This document shows positions 26,059 through 39,435 of a DNA stretch of 64,000 bases, piece by piece. Under the pieces are notes generated by a model. The model was not told where the DNA came from and did not search any database. It saw only the letters and a program-made list of their open reading frames with translations. The DNA comes from Octopus vulgaris. Its lineage: Eukaryota. Made by a program: the position numbers and the translations under genes. Numbering within the stretch: the stretch's first letter is position 1; every line of letters begins with the position of its first letter. The stretch covers positions 18,228,001-18,292,000 of the forward strand of contig OX597828.1 of assembly GCA_951406725.2 (NCBI GenBank). Reading direction: 5' to 3'.

Positions 26059-26265
26059 GTTCGTCTCGCCAAAGCTTGACACCCGGTTTTGGTGTGCTTA
26101 TGTCCCCGTAACTTAGTAGTCCGGCAAAAATGACTGATAGAATAAGTACCAGGATTTACAAAACTGTCACGTACTATGGTCGATTCATTCGACTAAAATT
26201 TAGTCGAGGCGGTGCCCCAGGATGGCCGCAGTCTAATGTCTGGAAAATGTAGTACGTAAAAAGAT
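25830..26265 (+). mobile_element. SINE family B, full length and decayed
   Basis: Head, central (TG)n and tail present. Confidence 0.85.
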
Positions 26266-26489
26266 AAGGTACCAGTCCCAGGACGGTGGACTGATGTGAT
26301 TGAGAGTGAATTGAACAAGATACCTTGTGGTATTTCTTCTCGTCCTTTGTGTTCTTTCAACAAAGCCAATAGCGACAATGTACGCCGGGTTGTAGGGAAC
26401 TAAGTTAGGGGCCTTTTGCTCGGACCATCATCGGCGGCGAAAAGAGGTATCTTGCATGCCTGCTCAAATTGAAGCCCCGTTCGGGGTCG

Positions 26490-27063
26490 CCTCCGTCGTC
26501 GTCGTCGTCGTCATCTTCATAGGCGGAGACGTCGGCGACGTCGATGACGTATTCGTCAGAATCCCCGACATATTCATCACCGTTACCCATCATCACCATC
26601 TTCACACCATCGCCACTATCATTTTTATTATCGACAGCATCCTTATCGATTTTATCGTTATTGTTGCTGTCATCATCGTCTCCGTCATCACCACCCTAAT
26701 TAGCAACATCATCATAACCAGACATATTAAAACCATCCCCACGATCACCACAACCACCACCATCATCATCGTCATCGTCGTTGTTATCCTCGCCATCCTC
26801 GTCGCCGTAATCATCATCATTATCAACCACACCACCATCATCATCTCGCTAAGTTCGCCATCACAATCCTCATTAACATCACCATCGCCATCTTTATCAT
26901 CATCGTCGTCACTGTTATCAGCATCATCATCATCATCAAGTGCATCAATATCGACCTTGTCGTTGTCCCTGTCGTCGTCTTCTTCTTCTTCTTCTTCTTC
27001 TTCTTCTTCTTCTGCTTCTTCTTCTTCTTCTTCTTCTTCTTCTTCTTCTTCTTCTTCTTCTTC
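26490..27063. repeat. Degenerate (CAT/CGT/CAC)n tract ending in nearly pure (TCT)n
   Basis: Direct inspection. Confidence 0.9.
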
Positions 27064-27089
27064 CAAGCAGGACTCACACCATTAGCCAC

Positions 27090-27541
27090 AAAGAATAATC
27101 TCTAATTCGAGCCTTCCTCTAAGCTACTAAGAATGCGTGTGGCAACTTGAAGATCCACCAACCACACGCGATTGACTGACCGTTGCACGGGCGCGAAGGC
27201 TACGTTGTTATCTTCATTCCGTAAACGGTGGGCTTTTAACGGGTGGAGAGCTGAACCATCCTGGGGTACAGAGGTTTCGCAATCTAGACTAGGGTCTGAA
27301 AGTTTTACCACACCATAACGGGTTACACCATGGTTCTTCTGCTTTATGACAGAAGTAGGAAGAAAGAGTGAGAGAAAGTTGTGTTGAAAGAGTACAGCGG
27401 GGTTCAACCCCCCCGTCACCACCACCCCCGCCGGAGCCTCGTGGAGCTTAGGTGTTTTTGCTCAATAAACACTGACAATCGAAACCGCGTTCTTACGGCC
27501 GCGAGTCCGCTGCCCTAACCACCGGGCCATTGCACCTCCAC
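27090..27541 (-). mobile_element. SINE family C head with a distinct tail
   Basis: gcgagtccgctgccctaaccaccgggccattgcacctccac head and ccggagcctcgtggagctt core. Confidence 0.8.
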
Positions 27542-27772
27542 TGTCGTTGTTGTCGTCCACATCACTGTCGCCATCGTCCTCATCACTGCCCCTACCACAA
27601 ACAACCATCCTCCTATAGCCACCACCACCATCTGGCTACCACTACCACAATTCTTCTTCCATCACCACCACCACCACTATCACCACATCAAATCCATAAT
27701 TGTTATTATCGACAGCAGCAATACCACCAACATCCCCAAAGTCGTCGTCAGCGTCAGCATTATTGTCAGCAT

Positions 27773-27816
<44 letters not shown>

Positions 27817-28452
27817 CAATCATCATCATTATCATTATAGTCATCATCATCATCATCTTAACAACCACACCCACAGGCACAAATACCGCTACCACCATCA
27901 TCATGGTGGTTGTCATCATTGTCGTCGTCATCATTATCACATTATCAACACCATCATTATCAATCACCATCATCATCATCATCGTCGTCGTCGTCAGTCA
28001 CCCTCATCATCATTATAATATTCGTCGTCATCATCATCACCACCATCGTCATCATCATCATCATCAATCATTATCATCATCATCGTCGGCGTCGTCATCG
28101 TCATCATCATCATCATCGTGGTGCTGGTCGTCTCCGTCCTTGTCGTCGTGATCATTACCATTCCCCTCATCATTCACAACCCCGACCCCACCACCAACAC
28201 CACTACCATCACCACTTCTATCACAACACCATCCTCGCCACCACAGCCACTATACCAACATTACACCCCCCTCCACTATACCACCACATCAACATCATCT
28301 TCCTCTTCATCACTACAGCCATCACATCACCCTTATCCTCATCGTTGTCGTCGTTATTGTCATCATCATCATCACTATCATAAAAATCATCATGATCATC
28401 ATCATCACCATAATCGGCATCGGCGTTGCCGTCGACATCGTCGCCGTCGACG
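27542..28452. repeat. Degenerate (CAT/CAC/CGT)n trinucleotide tract
   Basis: Direct inspection. Confidence 0.9.
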
Positions 28453-28728
28453 AAATCTCTTTCTCATTGTCTTGCAGAACACATACACAATAAGATTTCA
28501 AATCTCTCCCCATGGACCTATCAATCAATATATTTCTACAGAACAACAATTTTTCATTTCGTTGTTTTCGATCGTAAAGTTTAAAAGAAAATAATAAATT
28601 GCAGTGCCTTGTATTGTTCAGCCCCAAGTGAGCCCTAATCGAGATGTCCTACGATCAAGTACATTCCAAATATGACAATCCAGTCCTGGGTTTCTCTTTT
28701 GTTTTTGATCAGACTGTAGTATATGATT

Positions 28729-28831
28729 ATTTACATTGCTTACATTTGACAGATATTTGTCCTCATATTGTTTGTTGTTAACACAACGTTTCGAACCAGG
28801 GTTCTCATTCCTAAGGTATTTTTCGATGTAA

Positions 28832-28886
<55 letters not shown>

Positions 28887-29028
28887 CATCATCATCATTT
28901 AAGGCACTGCTTGGAATCGAACTAGGAATCTTGGGTTTAGTAGCTCGCGCTCTTTAAACCACCCCAAGATTATATATCAGCCGAAACAAGATGTGGACAA
29001 AAATCTGTCAAATGTAAATAATGTAAAT
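28729..29028. repeat. Foldback with ~45-bp arms enclosing (ATT)n and a minus-strand tRNA-like head
   Basis: Arms at 28729-28773 and 28984-29028. ggaatcgaactaggaatcttgggtttagtagctcgcgctc at about 28913-28952. Confidence 0.75.
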
Positions 29029-29129
29029 AATGTACATAAATCTTCATCTCTTAAATATAGAACTGTATGTAGCATATGATATAATAGAGATGTGAATGTA
29101 TATAATAAATCTATAACCAACTAAACAAC

Positions 29130-31375
29130 CAATGTAGATGTTTTCTGGTTTTACTCATGCCAAATAATGATAAAGGATAAACAGATACAACATAGCCTTA
29201 CACGTAATAATGACCATATGAAAAAATATACTAGATATCAACAAGCTAAATGACAATCTATTCAACAGCTGTAGTGATATCCAATGGAAACTGCACTACT
29301 AAAATATTCTAAACACGCAATAGCGAACTGGAAAACCAGTATAACATTAAAAAATGACTGACAATTTATTGAAACCTGCTGAGAACCTCTTCGGACATGA
29401 CTGATCATGGGATTGCACCTAGATTGCCCGGCACAAATCCGGGCAAGGATGTTTATGGAAGACCAGCAGTCGCCCAAGCATACCGGCTCCCCTCTCCAGG
29501 CCACCAGTGTTATCCAAGGGAAAGGCAAAGGCCGATACAGCTTGACACCTGAGACGTCGCAACTCATTTCTACAGCTGAGTGAACAGGAGCAATATGAAA
29601 TAAAGTGTCTTGCTGAAAAACACAACATGCAGCCCGGTCCGGGATTCGAACTTACAACCTCACGATCGTAAGTTCGATGCTCTAACCACCGAGCCATGCG
29701 CCTTCACTACTGAAACTTACCCTATACCCATAAGAAGAGGGATTTTCCAGGGAAACTCACAATCACCCCCGCATTTCTGCCTCTCCCTGACCCCGCTAAC
29801 AAACTTGTTAAATGAAACCACCATGGGTTATAGGCGCTACGGACAAAAATGGAAAGAGATCATAATAAATAAAATTCAAAGACAAAAGAAAGACTTATCA
29901 CTAGTTTGTGAATAAGAGAAAACAGGATAAAATACGAAAAGTAAAAAAGAAGGCCCAAATAATAAAGCAATACAACATAAAATATAAAGAAGATACGTGG
30001 AAGGTAAAAGTAAAGATTGAGCAGGGCACAGAAGCAAAAGCTTGCCGCATAAAACGCTAAGAACAACGGGAACGCTTCTTCCAACAAAACAGCGAATTCA
30101 ACATAAGCACGAAGGTTTTTATAGAAAGGTAAACAAAAAAAGTATATCAATAGATGCCAAGCCAACAGCATCAGCGATTTAGTAATACGGGGAAGCCATG
30201 TGGAGCAAACCCCCACAAAAAAAAAATTACACAGCAGAAATCCTCAGTGGATTAGTAGGGAAAAGGAAAGGAAGAACACAATAGAACAACAGATATTACC
30301 CACCATTGCAGGTCAAGAGATCGTGGACACACTGAGGAGTACCAGCAACTGGAAAACTCCTGGATAGACAAGGTCCCCAAATTCTGGTTGAAACAGCTCA
30401 CCGGTACCTATAACCACTTAGCAGCAGCGTTCAATTTATTGAAAGGTGAGCCAGAATCAACACCAAACTGGATACTGGAAGGGCAAACCATTCTAATTCC
30501 CCAAATACACTGTACACCCACAAAATTACAGACCAGTAACATGCCTATCAACATCTTAGAAGACCCTAGCATCAGTCATCTATAACCGGTTTATAAAGCA
30601 CCTGGAAAAAGTAATGTCTTACCAGAAGAATCATAAGGGTACCGGAGAGTGATGTATGGCTGTAAGGAGCAACTTCTGGTAAACCGAAGAGGACTGTAAG
30701 AGGGGAAAAACAAACCTGAACATGACTTGGATTGATTATCAAAAAAACATTCGACTGTGTTCCACACTCATGAATACTGGGAATCTCTCCCCACAAATAA
30801 ATTGGCCCCCACCACTACTAAAATATATTAAACATGCAATGGTAAACTGGAAAACCAGTATAACATTAAAAAAGGACTGACAAGTTTATTAAAACCAACC
30901 CTATACCCATAAGAAGAGGGATTTTCCAGGGAGACTTACAGTCACTCCCGCATTTCTGTCTTTCACTGACACCGCTAACAAACTTGTTAAATGAAACCAC
31001 CATGGGTTATAGGCGCTACGGACAAAAAAGAAGCCATCCCCTGTACATGGATGACTTAAAACTTTACGCCAAAAGCACGATAGGACAGAGAAATCACATC
31101 AAAATTGCTGAGAGTTTCAGCAATGACATCGGAATGAACATGGAGCTGGACAAATGTGCCGAATTCACACTGAGAAGAGGCAAATTAATCAGCTCTGAAA
31201 ATATTGTATTCGACATAGACACAGGAATTAGAGAATTAGACCACGACCGCCCATACAAATATCTAGGAATAGACGAAACAGCTAAAATAGAACACTAAGA
31301 AATGAAAGAGAAAATTAGGAGAGTGTATTACAGAAGAGTTAGACTAATATTAAACATTGAACTTATTGCCAAAAA
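29130..31375 (+). mobile_element. Decayed, rearranged R4/Dong-like non-LTR retrotransposon (RT remnants)
   Basis: Motifs NWKTPG, FDCVPH, IRRGIFQG, YMDDLKLYAK and PYKYLGI, with stops and frameshifts. Part of the RT region is present twice. Confidence 0.85.
29378..29707 (-). mobile_element. SINE family D inserted into the LINE, 11-bp TSD
   Basis: Full tRNA head. TSD tattgaaacct (29367-29377) / tactgaaactt (29708-29718). LINE sequence is continuous across the insertion when compared with the second RT copy. Confidence 0.88.
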
Positions 31376-31429
31376 AAAAAAAACAGATCGAATACTTGCA
31401 ACTATGCTAACCACTACACAACTGAATAG

Positions 31430-32592
31430 TAATAATTTCAAATTTTCGCACAAGGCCAGCAAGTTCGTGGATGTAGGACTAGCCGTTTACTTCGACACCA
31501 GTACCAGTTGACTAATACTCATTTTATCGACCCTGAAAGAATGAAAGACAAAATCGACCTCGGCGGAATTTGAACTCAGATCGTAAACAACCGTTTCTGA
31601 TATAGGCACAAGGCCTGAAATTTCTGCCCCTCAACTAGTTCAACTAGTAAATTCTTTTATTGATCCTGAAAAGATGAAAAGCAACGCTGACTTGGGCGGA
31701 ATTTGCCGAATGTAAAAGCAGAAGAAACACAGCTAGGCACTTCGTCCATCATGCTTAGTATTCTGTCATCTCCATGATTTCAAATCATGGCAGAAGATCT
31801 GCAGATTTAGAGGAGCAGGGCTAGTCTATTACATCAATCTCAGTACATGATTGGTTCTTGAATTTAGCGATCCCGATGAAAGGATGAAAGGCAAAGTCGA
31901 TCTTGGCAGAATTTGAAATAACTCGGTACTGCAATACCGCTGAGCATTTTGTCCGGCTTGCTAATGACTCTGCCAGCTCGCTGTCTTCATTTTACTAATA
32001 ATTCTTTCTACTAAAAGCACAAGGCCTGGAATTTGGCGAGAGGGGGCCAGTCAATTAAGTCGACCCCGGTATGCAACTGGTACTTAATTTATTGACTCCC
32101 GAAAGGATGAAAGGCAAAATCAACCTCAGCGGAATTTGAACTCAGAGCGTAATGACAGACGAAATGCCGCTAAGCATTTTGCTCCGCGTGCTAAGGATTC
32201 TTTTCTACTCTAGGCACAAGGCCCTAAATTTTAGGTGAATAACCGATTAAGTCGGCCCCAGTATCCAACTGGTACTTAATTTATTGACTCCGAAAAGATG
32301 AAAGGCAAACTAGACCTCAGCGGAATTTGAACTCAAAACGTAAAGACAGACGAAATGCCGCTACTTATTTTGACCGGCGTGCTAACGATTCTTTTCTATT
32401 CTAGGCACAAGGCCCGAAATTTGTGGGGACGGGTCCAGTCGATTAAGTCGACTGGTACTTAATTCATCGACTGCCGAAAAGATGAAAGGCAAAGTCAACC
32501 TCGGCGGAATTTGAACTCAGAACGTAAAGACAGACGAAATACCCCTAAGCATTTTGCCCGGCGTGCTAACGATTCTGCCAATTTACCGCCTT
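31430..32592 (-). mobile_element. Head-to-tail array of about six family A SINE units
   Basis: Repeated gaaaggatgaaaggcaaa...ggcggaatttgaactc every 170-200 bp. Confidence 0.88.
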
Positions 32593-33687
32593 CACCTTAC
32601 CAATAATGGCATCAACAATAACAACGTCATTGATAAATAAATGAAAATGAAAAATAAACTGGTTGAATAGTTTGCTAAGATTTAATGAATTTTTCTCATA
32701 TTCTACGTTCGAAACAGCGATGTGTAATCAAAGGTATTTGTTTGTTACATTTTTACATTGTTTTTTTTATTTTATTACTTTTTTATCTTATTTTATTTAT
32801 TTTTTGCTACCTTTATTATTAGCCAATACTATGTTACAATGTCCTATAAATGTCAATTATAACGATTAAATAAGTTGTCAGTTGTAATATAATATTTCGT
32901 TGAAGCACAAACAAAAAAATATCCCTCTCCCATGTGACACAACAGCGTTGTTTTAACTGAGAAATAAAAATGTCAGTATATAACATGTTGCGAACGTGTT
33001 ATTTCTCACCCTATTCCGAGTTTTTTATTTCGTTCTTTCGTTTATAATTTTGATGTCTTTGTGTTTCATGCTGTATTTTTTTCTTTTCCTTTGTTTCTTT
33101 ATAATGAAATGAAATTAAAAGATGGCCGCTGCAGTCGCAGCGATTTGGCATATTCGTTAGTGCATTGACTAGAATGTTTTGTGGTATATGAAACGGTTCT
33201 GTGAATCCAGAGTTCGAATCTCACCTAGTCAGTTTTTCTTTCATCCTTCCGGAGAGGTGGGGAGGTCGATAAATAAAGAAACAGCAAAAACATTATACAG
33301 AACAACCACTGTCACGACGTCACTAATAATAATAATAATAATCTATCTGCTATAGGTACAAGGTCGGAAATTTGGGGGCAGGGGTCTAGTCGATTACATC
33401 GACCGCAATCCTCAACTAGTACTTAATTCATGCACCCTACAATTACTAAGATAGAACTTTCTCTCTCCCCACCCTCTCTCTTTCACTTTTTATCTTTCTC
33501 ACCGTCTTTCTCTCTATGTCCTTCTGCTCAGAAAGACCCTTATCTAGAGCTGACAGAAAATAGCTGCCAAAACCCACCCAAATATCGCATCACTTTCTTT
33601 AAAAATGAATGAGAAGGGGCACATTCGACCTCGGGCGAATTTGAACTCAGAACCTACCAAAGAGCATATTAATAACAACAAATACTA

Positions 33688-34925
33688 CAGTATGCGGACA
33701 GTATATGAGGACACATGTATTTTTAGCCATTCTTTTATTTAACTAATTTCTATTGGACTTCTATTTCAGAAAATAACAATGAGAGGCTTTATACTTACTA
33801 ATAAAATGAAAAGGCAAGCTGTGATTGTGGTTTTGAAGTCTAAGCATGGTGATCTAGAAATTTCTCGATTTCTGAAAGTTGCAAGATCTTTTGTCCACAA
33901 GATTCAGTGTAAGTTAAAGAAAAACGGAAGAATATTACCTGTATCAAAAGGTAAAAAAACATTCCAAATGCTGAATTTATACAGAACGGACACCAGAATT
34001 TATTCAGAAAGTTAAGCAAAACATTGAAGACTATCCAGGAAAATCAATGAAGTCAATTGCAAAAAAAAAAAAAAAAAATTCGTGTGTCAGAAAAAATAAT
34101 CTGAAATGCTGTGCGCGAAGACATCAGATACAAATGGTACGTGATGAGGAGAGCTCAGTTCAATGTCAGAAAAAAACAAAAGAAAACCGTTTAATCAGAT
34201 CCAAAAGACGATGTGACTTGGCGTTTCTCAGATGAGAAAAACCTTGAGCAGGACCAGAAAACTAACAGAAAATATGACAGATGGCAATGTGCAGGACCTT
34301 CTGAAATTCCAAGAGTAATGCACAGAAAACTTTCCTGCAAGTTTCATGGTTTTAGCAATGAAGAACATATAATGCTTCCTCACTTTTTTCCACAAGGCCT
34401 TAGGGTGAATGCTGCTGTGCATATTGAGTTTTTGGAATAAGTTGTTAAGCCTTGAATCAACAGTGTATGCAATGGAAGGCTTTATGTCTTTCAACAAGAT
34501 TCTGCTCCATCACACAAGGCTCAAATGGCACAAGAATGGATGACCGACAATTTGCATGATCACATCACCCCCAACATTTGGCCTCCCAATTCTCCAGATT
34601 TCAATCCACTGGACTATTATGTATGGATCATCAAGGAGAAAAATGTCAATGAACACCCACACGGCACCAAAGATTTTTTGAAAGCCGCCATAGTTCGAGT
34701 CATGTCCAATATGAACAAGGACCACTTAATCAAAGCCTCTAAATGATTTCGACCCCGCGTAGAAGCAGTTACTGATGTTTATGGTGGTTCTATTGAATGA
34801 AATTATTAAATTGATAATTTAGCTTTATGTATATGTTATTTTTATAAATATACGTTCATTTTCTGTTATTAAATAAGCGTTGGTTCAAAACCATAAGTCT
34901 ACCCTCAAATACCGACCGAACCCTG
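33688..34925 (+). mobile_element. maT-family (DD37D) Tc1/mariner transposon, near full length, pseudogenised
   Basis: ~26-bp degenerate TIRs. Motifs FSDEKN, YVFQQDSAPSH and WPPNSPDFNPLDYY, with 37 residues between the second and third Asp by manual count. Confidence 0.9.
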
Positions 34926-35499
34926 TGTTTTAGCGGATGTTGGTGGGTCTGTAGAAGGCAGAATTGTTAGCAATTGCTACGTTCTGAGTTCAAATTCAGG
35001 CGAAATCAACTTTGCCAATCGTCCTTTTGAAATCGATAAAATAAGTTACAGTTTCGTATTGGGTTGAGATAACGAGTAATCCCCTTAATCTAACATTGCT
35101 GACCATCTACCAATATTTGAGAGAGTATTTTTGTACATCAAGGATTAAACTAAATAAAAGTAACATTCATATTTTAAGATGATATGAGGTAATTTAAGAC
35201 AGATTTGGTTGATATTTCTAGCACATTACGCGCTTGCTTACAGTTCACCTCTGCTACCCTCATCCGTTAGCTAGAATATCGATTCTCTGCTCTTCGAGGC
35301 AGGAAGGCCAAATATTTTTCGTGAACTGAAACAGGAAATTGTAAATTTCTTGCCCCGCTAAATTGTTTGTTTTGCAAAGCTAATATTTTCTGTGATACAA
35401 GTAAAACCATTATTGATGAAGACTGTTCTTAATAAAGGAACTCTTAAACTACTTTTTATGAATTTAATTAACTACCAAGATATTCTTCAACCTGAAGTC

Positions 35500-35640
35500 T
35501 TTATACACGCATACAGACATACACTAAGGCCAACATACATACATAATACATACATACATACATACATACATACATACATGATACATACATACATAGATGT
35601 ATATACATGTATGTATATATATATATATGCATATTATATA

Positions 35641-35676
<36 letters not shown>

Positions 35677-36140
35677 ATGTATGTATATATATATGTATAT
35701 GTATATGTATATGTTTATTTATATGTATTTTATTTCTGTATATCTCAGCCATACGGCTGCAGTCATGCATACATACATACAAACATACATACATATATAT
35801 ATGTATGTATATGTATATACATACACACACACATATATGTGTGTGTGTATGTGTGTGTTCATATATGTATATATATATCTATTTGTATATATATATATAT
35901 ATATATATACGTATATACATATATATATTTATGTGCGTGTGTGTGTGCGTGTGTGTGAGTATTCATATATGTATGTACATATCCGTGCATATATATATAT
36001 ATATATACATACAAATAAATGTATATATATATATATATATATAAAATGTGTTATAGATTATGTGTATATATATATACACACACTCATACATATATATATT
36101 TATACATACGTATACGTGTGTGTGTGTGTGTGTGCATATA
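35500..36140. repeat. (TACA)n/(TA)n/(TG)n microsatellite field
   Basis: Direct inspection. Confidence 0.95.
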
Positions 36141-36289
36141 CATTACTCCGAGACGAGAAATGAGACAAGCCCAATAAGAAGACATCCGTTTTGTTTTACA
36201 TCAAATAAATTTTTACGATTCGTAGAAAATCTCCTATATATTGCATTGACGTAACGTGAAACATATATGCTGAGTCCTGCCCACAGAGA

Positions 36290-37150
36290 CACCAAATTTA
36301 CAACAGCAAAAAGTTTCAAATGTCAACCCTTTGTATAGTTTGATAGTGGAGGCGCAATGGCCCAGTGGTTAGGGCAGCGGACTCGCGGTCATAGGATCGC
36401 GGTTTCGATTCCCAGACCGGGCGTTATGAGTGTTTATTGAGCGAAAACACCTAAAGCTCCACGAGGCTCCGGCAGGGGATGGTGGTGATCCCTGCTGTAC
36501 TCTTTCACCACAACTTTCTCTCACTCTTACTTCCTGTTTCTGTTGTACCTGTATTTCAAAGGGCCGGCCTTGTCACTCTTTGTGTCACGCTGAATATCCC
36601 CGAGAACTACGTTAAGGGTACACGTGTCTGTGGAGTGCTCTGCCACTTACACGTTAATTTCACGAGCAGGCTGTTCCGTTGATTCGTATCAACCAGAACC
36701 CTCGTCGTCGTAACAGACGAAGTGCTTTAAAGATAGTTTGATAACTTCATACCACTTCATGTTGTGAGATCTGGTCCCTTAGAAGTGATATGGAACGAAC
36801 AACCCTAACATTTGAGTACAAGAGCTTCAGAAATACGCTACGCAACCCATAACGAACACAAAACGAACAGCTTGGACAGGCAGCAATTCAACAATTACGC
36901 TGGCAGACAGAAACTATTCTTTGCGCAGGTAAAAAGACGAAAACCTGCCCTTGTATGGTCTTGTATTCCGATACTGTTCCCTAACCAAAACATCATTCAG
37001 GGCACAGGTGAGGAAACAGAGGCAAACAGAGAAACACTTGCTTTCACAGCATCAAGGAATGGATATGTTGCCACATTACGACCCAGGTACGCATAACAGA
37101 GAACAGCGACCAGTGGACACGGATGACTGCAAAAGCGTCCTGGGTGGCAT
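36290..37150 (+). mobile_element. Decayed RTE-clade LINE C-terminal fragment, interrupted by a SINE
   Basis: CEIWSL...FEYK, HKTN...VKRRK and YGLVFR...IIQGT resemble the RTE YGCETW...VKRRKLxYFGH...ILQG region. Confidence 0.7.
36346..36732 (+). mobile_element. SINE family C, full length, 11-bp TSD
   Basis: A-box ggcccagtggttagg and B-box ggtttcgattcc. TSD atagtttgata at 36335-36345 and 36733-36743. Confidence 0.92.
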
Positions 37151-37420
37151 CTCAACGACTGGATGTGCCTGTTGGGGGAACTGGAGCGCTTCGCAGATAA
37201 TTGAACACAACATCGATTGATCGAGAAAACTTTTATGGGGCCTTTGTAGGACCAGCTAAGGGTAACAGATGAATTTCCTTCGAATCTTGATCTATTGTTT
37301 TAAAGCAGGCAACATTGAACAAAAAGGTGTGGGGGGAATACAGTATGGTCACTGCTGGAACGTCTATGGCTACGTGTGGTTTTTCGATCTTCGATCAGGG
37401 GCACCCTGGACTGAAACTGC

Positions 37421-37421
<1 letters not shown>

Positions 37422-37476
<55 letters not shown>

Positions 37477-37492
37477 TGTTGTTGTTGTTGTT

Positions 37493-37565
<73 letters not shown>

Positions 37566-37719
37566 CAGCAACAGTAGTAGTAGTAGCAGCAACAGTAGTA
37601 GTAGTAGCAGCAGCAGCAGCAGAAGTAATAGTAGCAGTAGTAGCAGAAGTAGTGGTAGTAAGGTAACAGACCTCATCAAAGCACCAGTAGTAAGTACTAG
37701 TAGTTGAACTAGCAGCAGC

Positions 37720-37754
<35 letters not shown>

Positions 37755-37821
37755 CAGCAGCAGCAACAACATTAGCACCAACAGTAGTAGTAGCAGAGGC
37801 AGTAGCAGTGGCAGCAGCAGC

Positions 37822-37857
<36 letters not shown>

Positions 37858-37900
37858 TGTTGTTGTTGACGCCGCTCCGGCAACAGTAGTAGTAGCGGTA
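37422..37900. repeat. (AGT)n/(AGC)n trinucleotide tract
   Basis: Direct inspection. Confidence 0.95.
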
Positions 37901-38707
37901 GTTGTGATAGCAATAGTCGTGTAAGTGGTGCTGGTTCGCTATAGTCTCCAGCAGCGGCAGCAGTAGTCGTACTAGCAGTAAAGCAAAACAGTCCTCTCTT
38001 GTTTCCTAATGAAAACTGTGTTTAACATGTTAAAAAAATTAAAAAACACACAGAAAAGCATAAAAATTTATTGCTTTAAGTCTTTAGTCAGAGACTAGTT
38101 TCTTAGCCAGAGCATCAATAGGTTTTTCGATCGATATTTCTAACTATTTTTAATTGATCTCTAAATAAAAATTTCGAGACTGATTAGATTTTTTTTATTA
38201 TTATTTTTTAATTATTAATATCAAATTAGACGGATGTGGTAGTTATTATATTAGCAAAATATTCAATAATTTATTGAACCATACATGCTTATTTAAATAA
38301 AAAGCATAAAACAAAAGCGAAACTACCATGGCGTTTGTTTCAGATTTTTGAGAGATCTATCGTCACGTTTATTTTTAATGTCTTTCTCAGACAAAACAGT
38401 GCCGTGCGCATGACCCCTTTTACAGACAGGTCGCAGTAAAAGCAGGAAGTTATCCTCGGACTAAGGAACAAACCCGAATGGGTACTTTCCTATTATCGAC
38501 AGCCGATTTTTGATTTTATTCTTTAATAGATTAATAAATAGACAGTTGCTCTCGTCAGATGAGTGTTAATAGTTGATCGGTGGAGTTTCGGAATTGCTAT
38601 CATTACTTCATGGAGAAGGAAAACGGAAAGGAAATGGCTGATTTGTTAAGCAGTTGGTTTATTCTTATTCTTTTATTCTTTTATTCTTTCATTCTTTTAC
38701 TTGCTTC

Positions 38708-39435
38708 TTACCTCGATCCCAGTGCGTAACTAGTACTTATTTAATCGACCCCGAAAGGATGAAAGGCAAAAATCGACCTCAGCGGAATTTGAACTCAGAG
38801 CGTAGCGACGGATGAAATACCTATTTCATTATTACCCACAAGGGGCTAAACACAGAGGGGACAAACAAGGACAGACATAGGTATTAAGTCGATTACATCG
38901 ACTCCAGTGCGTAACTGGTACTTAATTTATCGACCCCGAAAGGATGAAAGGCAAAAGTCGACCTCAGCGGAATTTGAACTCAGAGCGTAGCGACAGATGA
39001 AATACCGCTAAGCATTTCGCCCGGCGTGCTAACGTTTCTGCCAGCCCGCCGCCTTCTTTTACATGTTTCTGTTGTTTTGACTACGGTAATGCTGGAGCAC
39101 CGCCTCGAAATGTTTTAGCCGAACAAATCGAACCCAGGGCTTATTTTTTCTATCGGTCTCTTTCGCTGAAAAGCCTGGTTACGGAGACATAAGTACACAA
39201 ACACTGGTTGTCAAGCGGCGATGATGGTGGTGGTGGGGAGGACAATCACACAAACACACACATACACACATATATATACACACAGACTTCTTTAAATTTC
39301 TGTCTACCAAATCTACTCACAAGGTTTTGGTCGGCGCGGGTCTATAGTAACAGACACTTGCCAAAAGTTCTATGCAGTGGGACTGAACTCTAAGCCATGT
39401 GGTTAGTAAGCAAGCTTCTTACCTCACAGCCAGGC
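38708..39435 (-). mobile_element. Family A dimer (38708-39055) inserted in the tail of a family B SINE (39055-39435)
   Basis: Two A modules, with B tail remnants (ttcttttac) on both sides. Confidence 0.85.

Noticed and set aside
26456-27089. Poly-Glu/Lys/Ser ORFs
   Set aside because: (TCT)n and (CAT)n repeats.
27530-28594. His-rich ORFs suggestive of histidine-rich structural proteins
   Set aside because: They are translations of a degenerate (CAT)n tract that is open in several frames on both strands, with no signal peptide or splice support.
36346-36420. tRNA gene candidates at SINE heads
   Set aside because: They run into SINE bodies, several with TSDs, and lack a complete acceptor stem and terminator.
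37315-37913. Poly-Ser/poly-Leu ORFs
   Set aside because: (AGT)n microsatellite.
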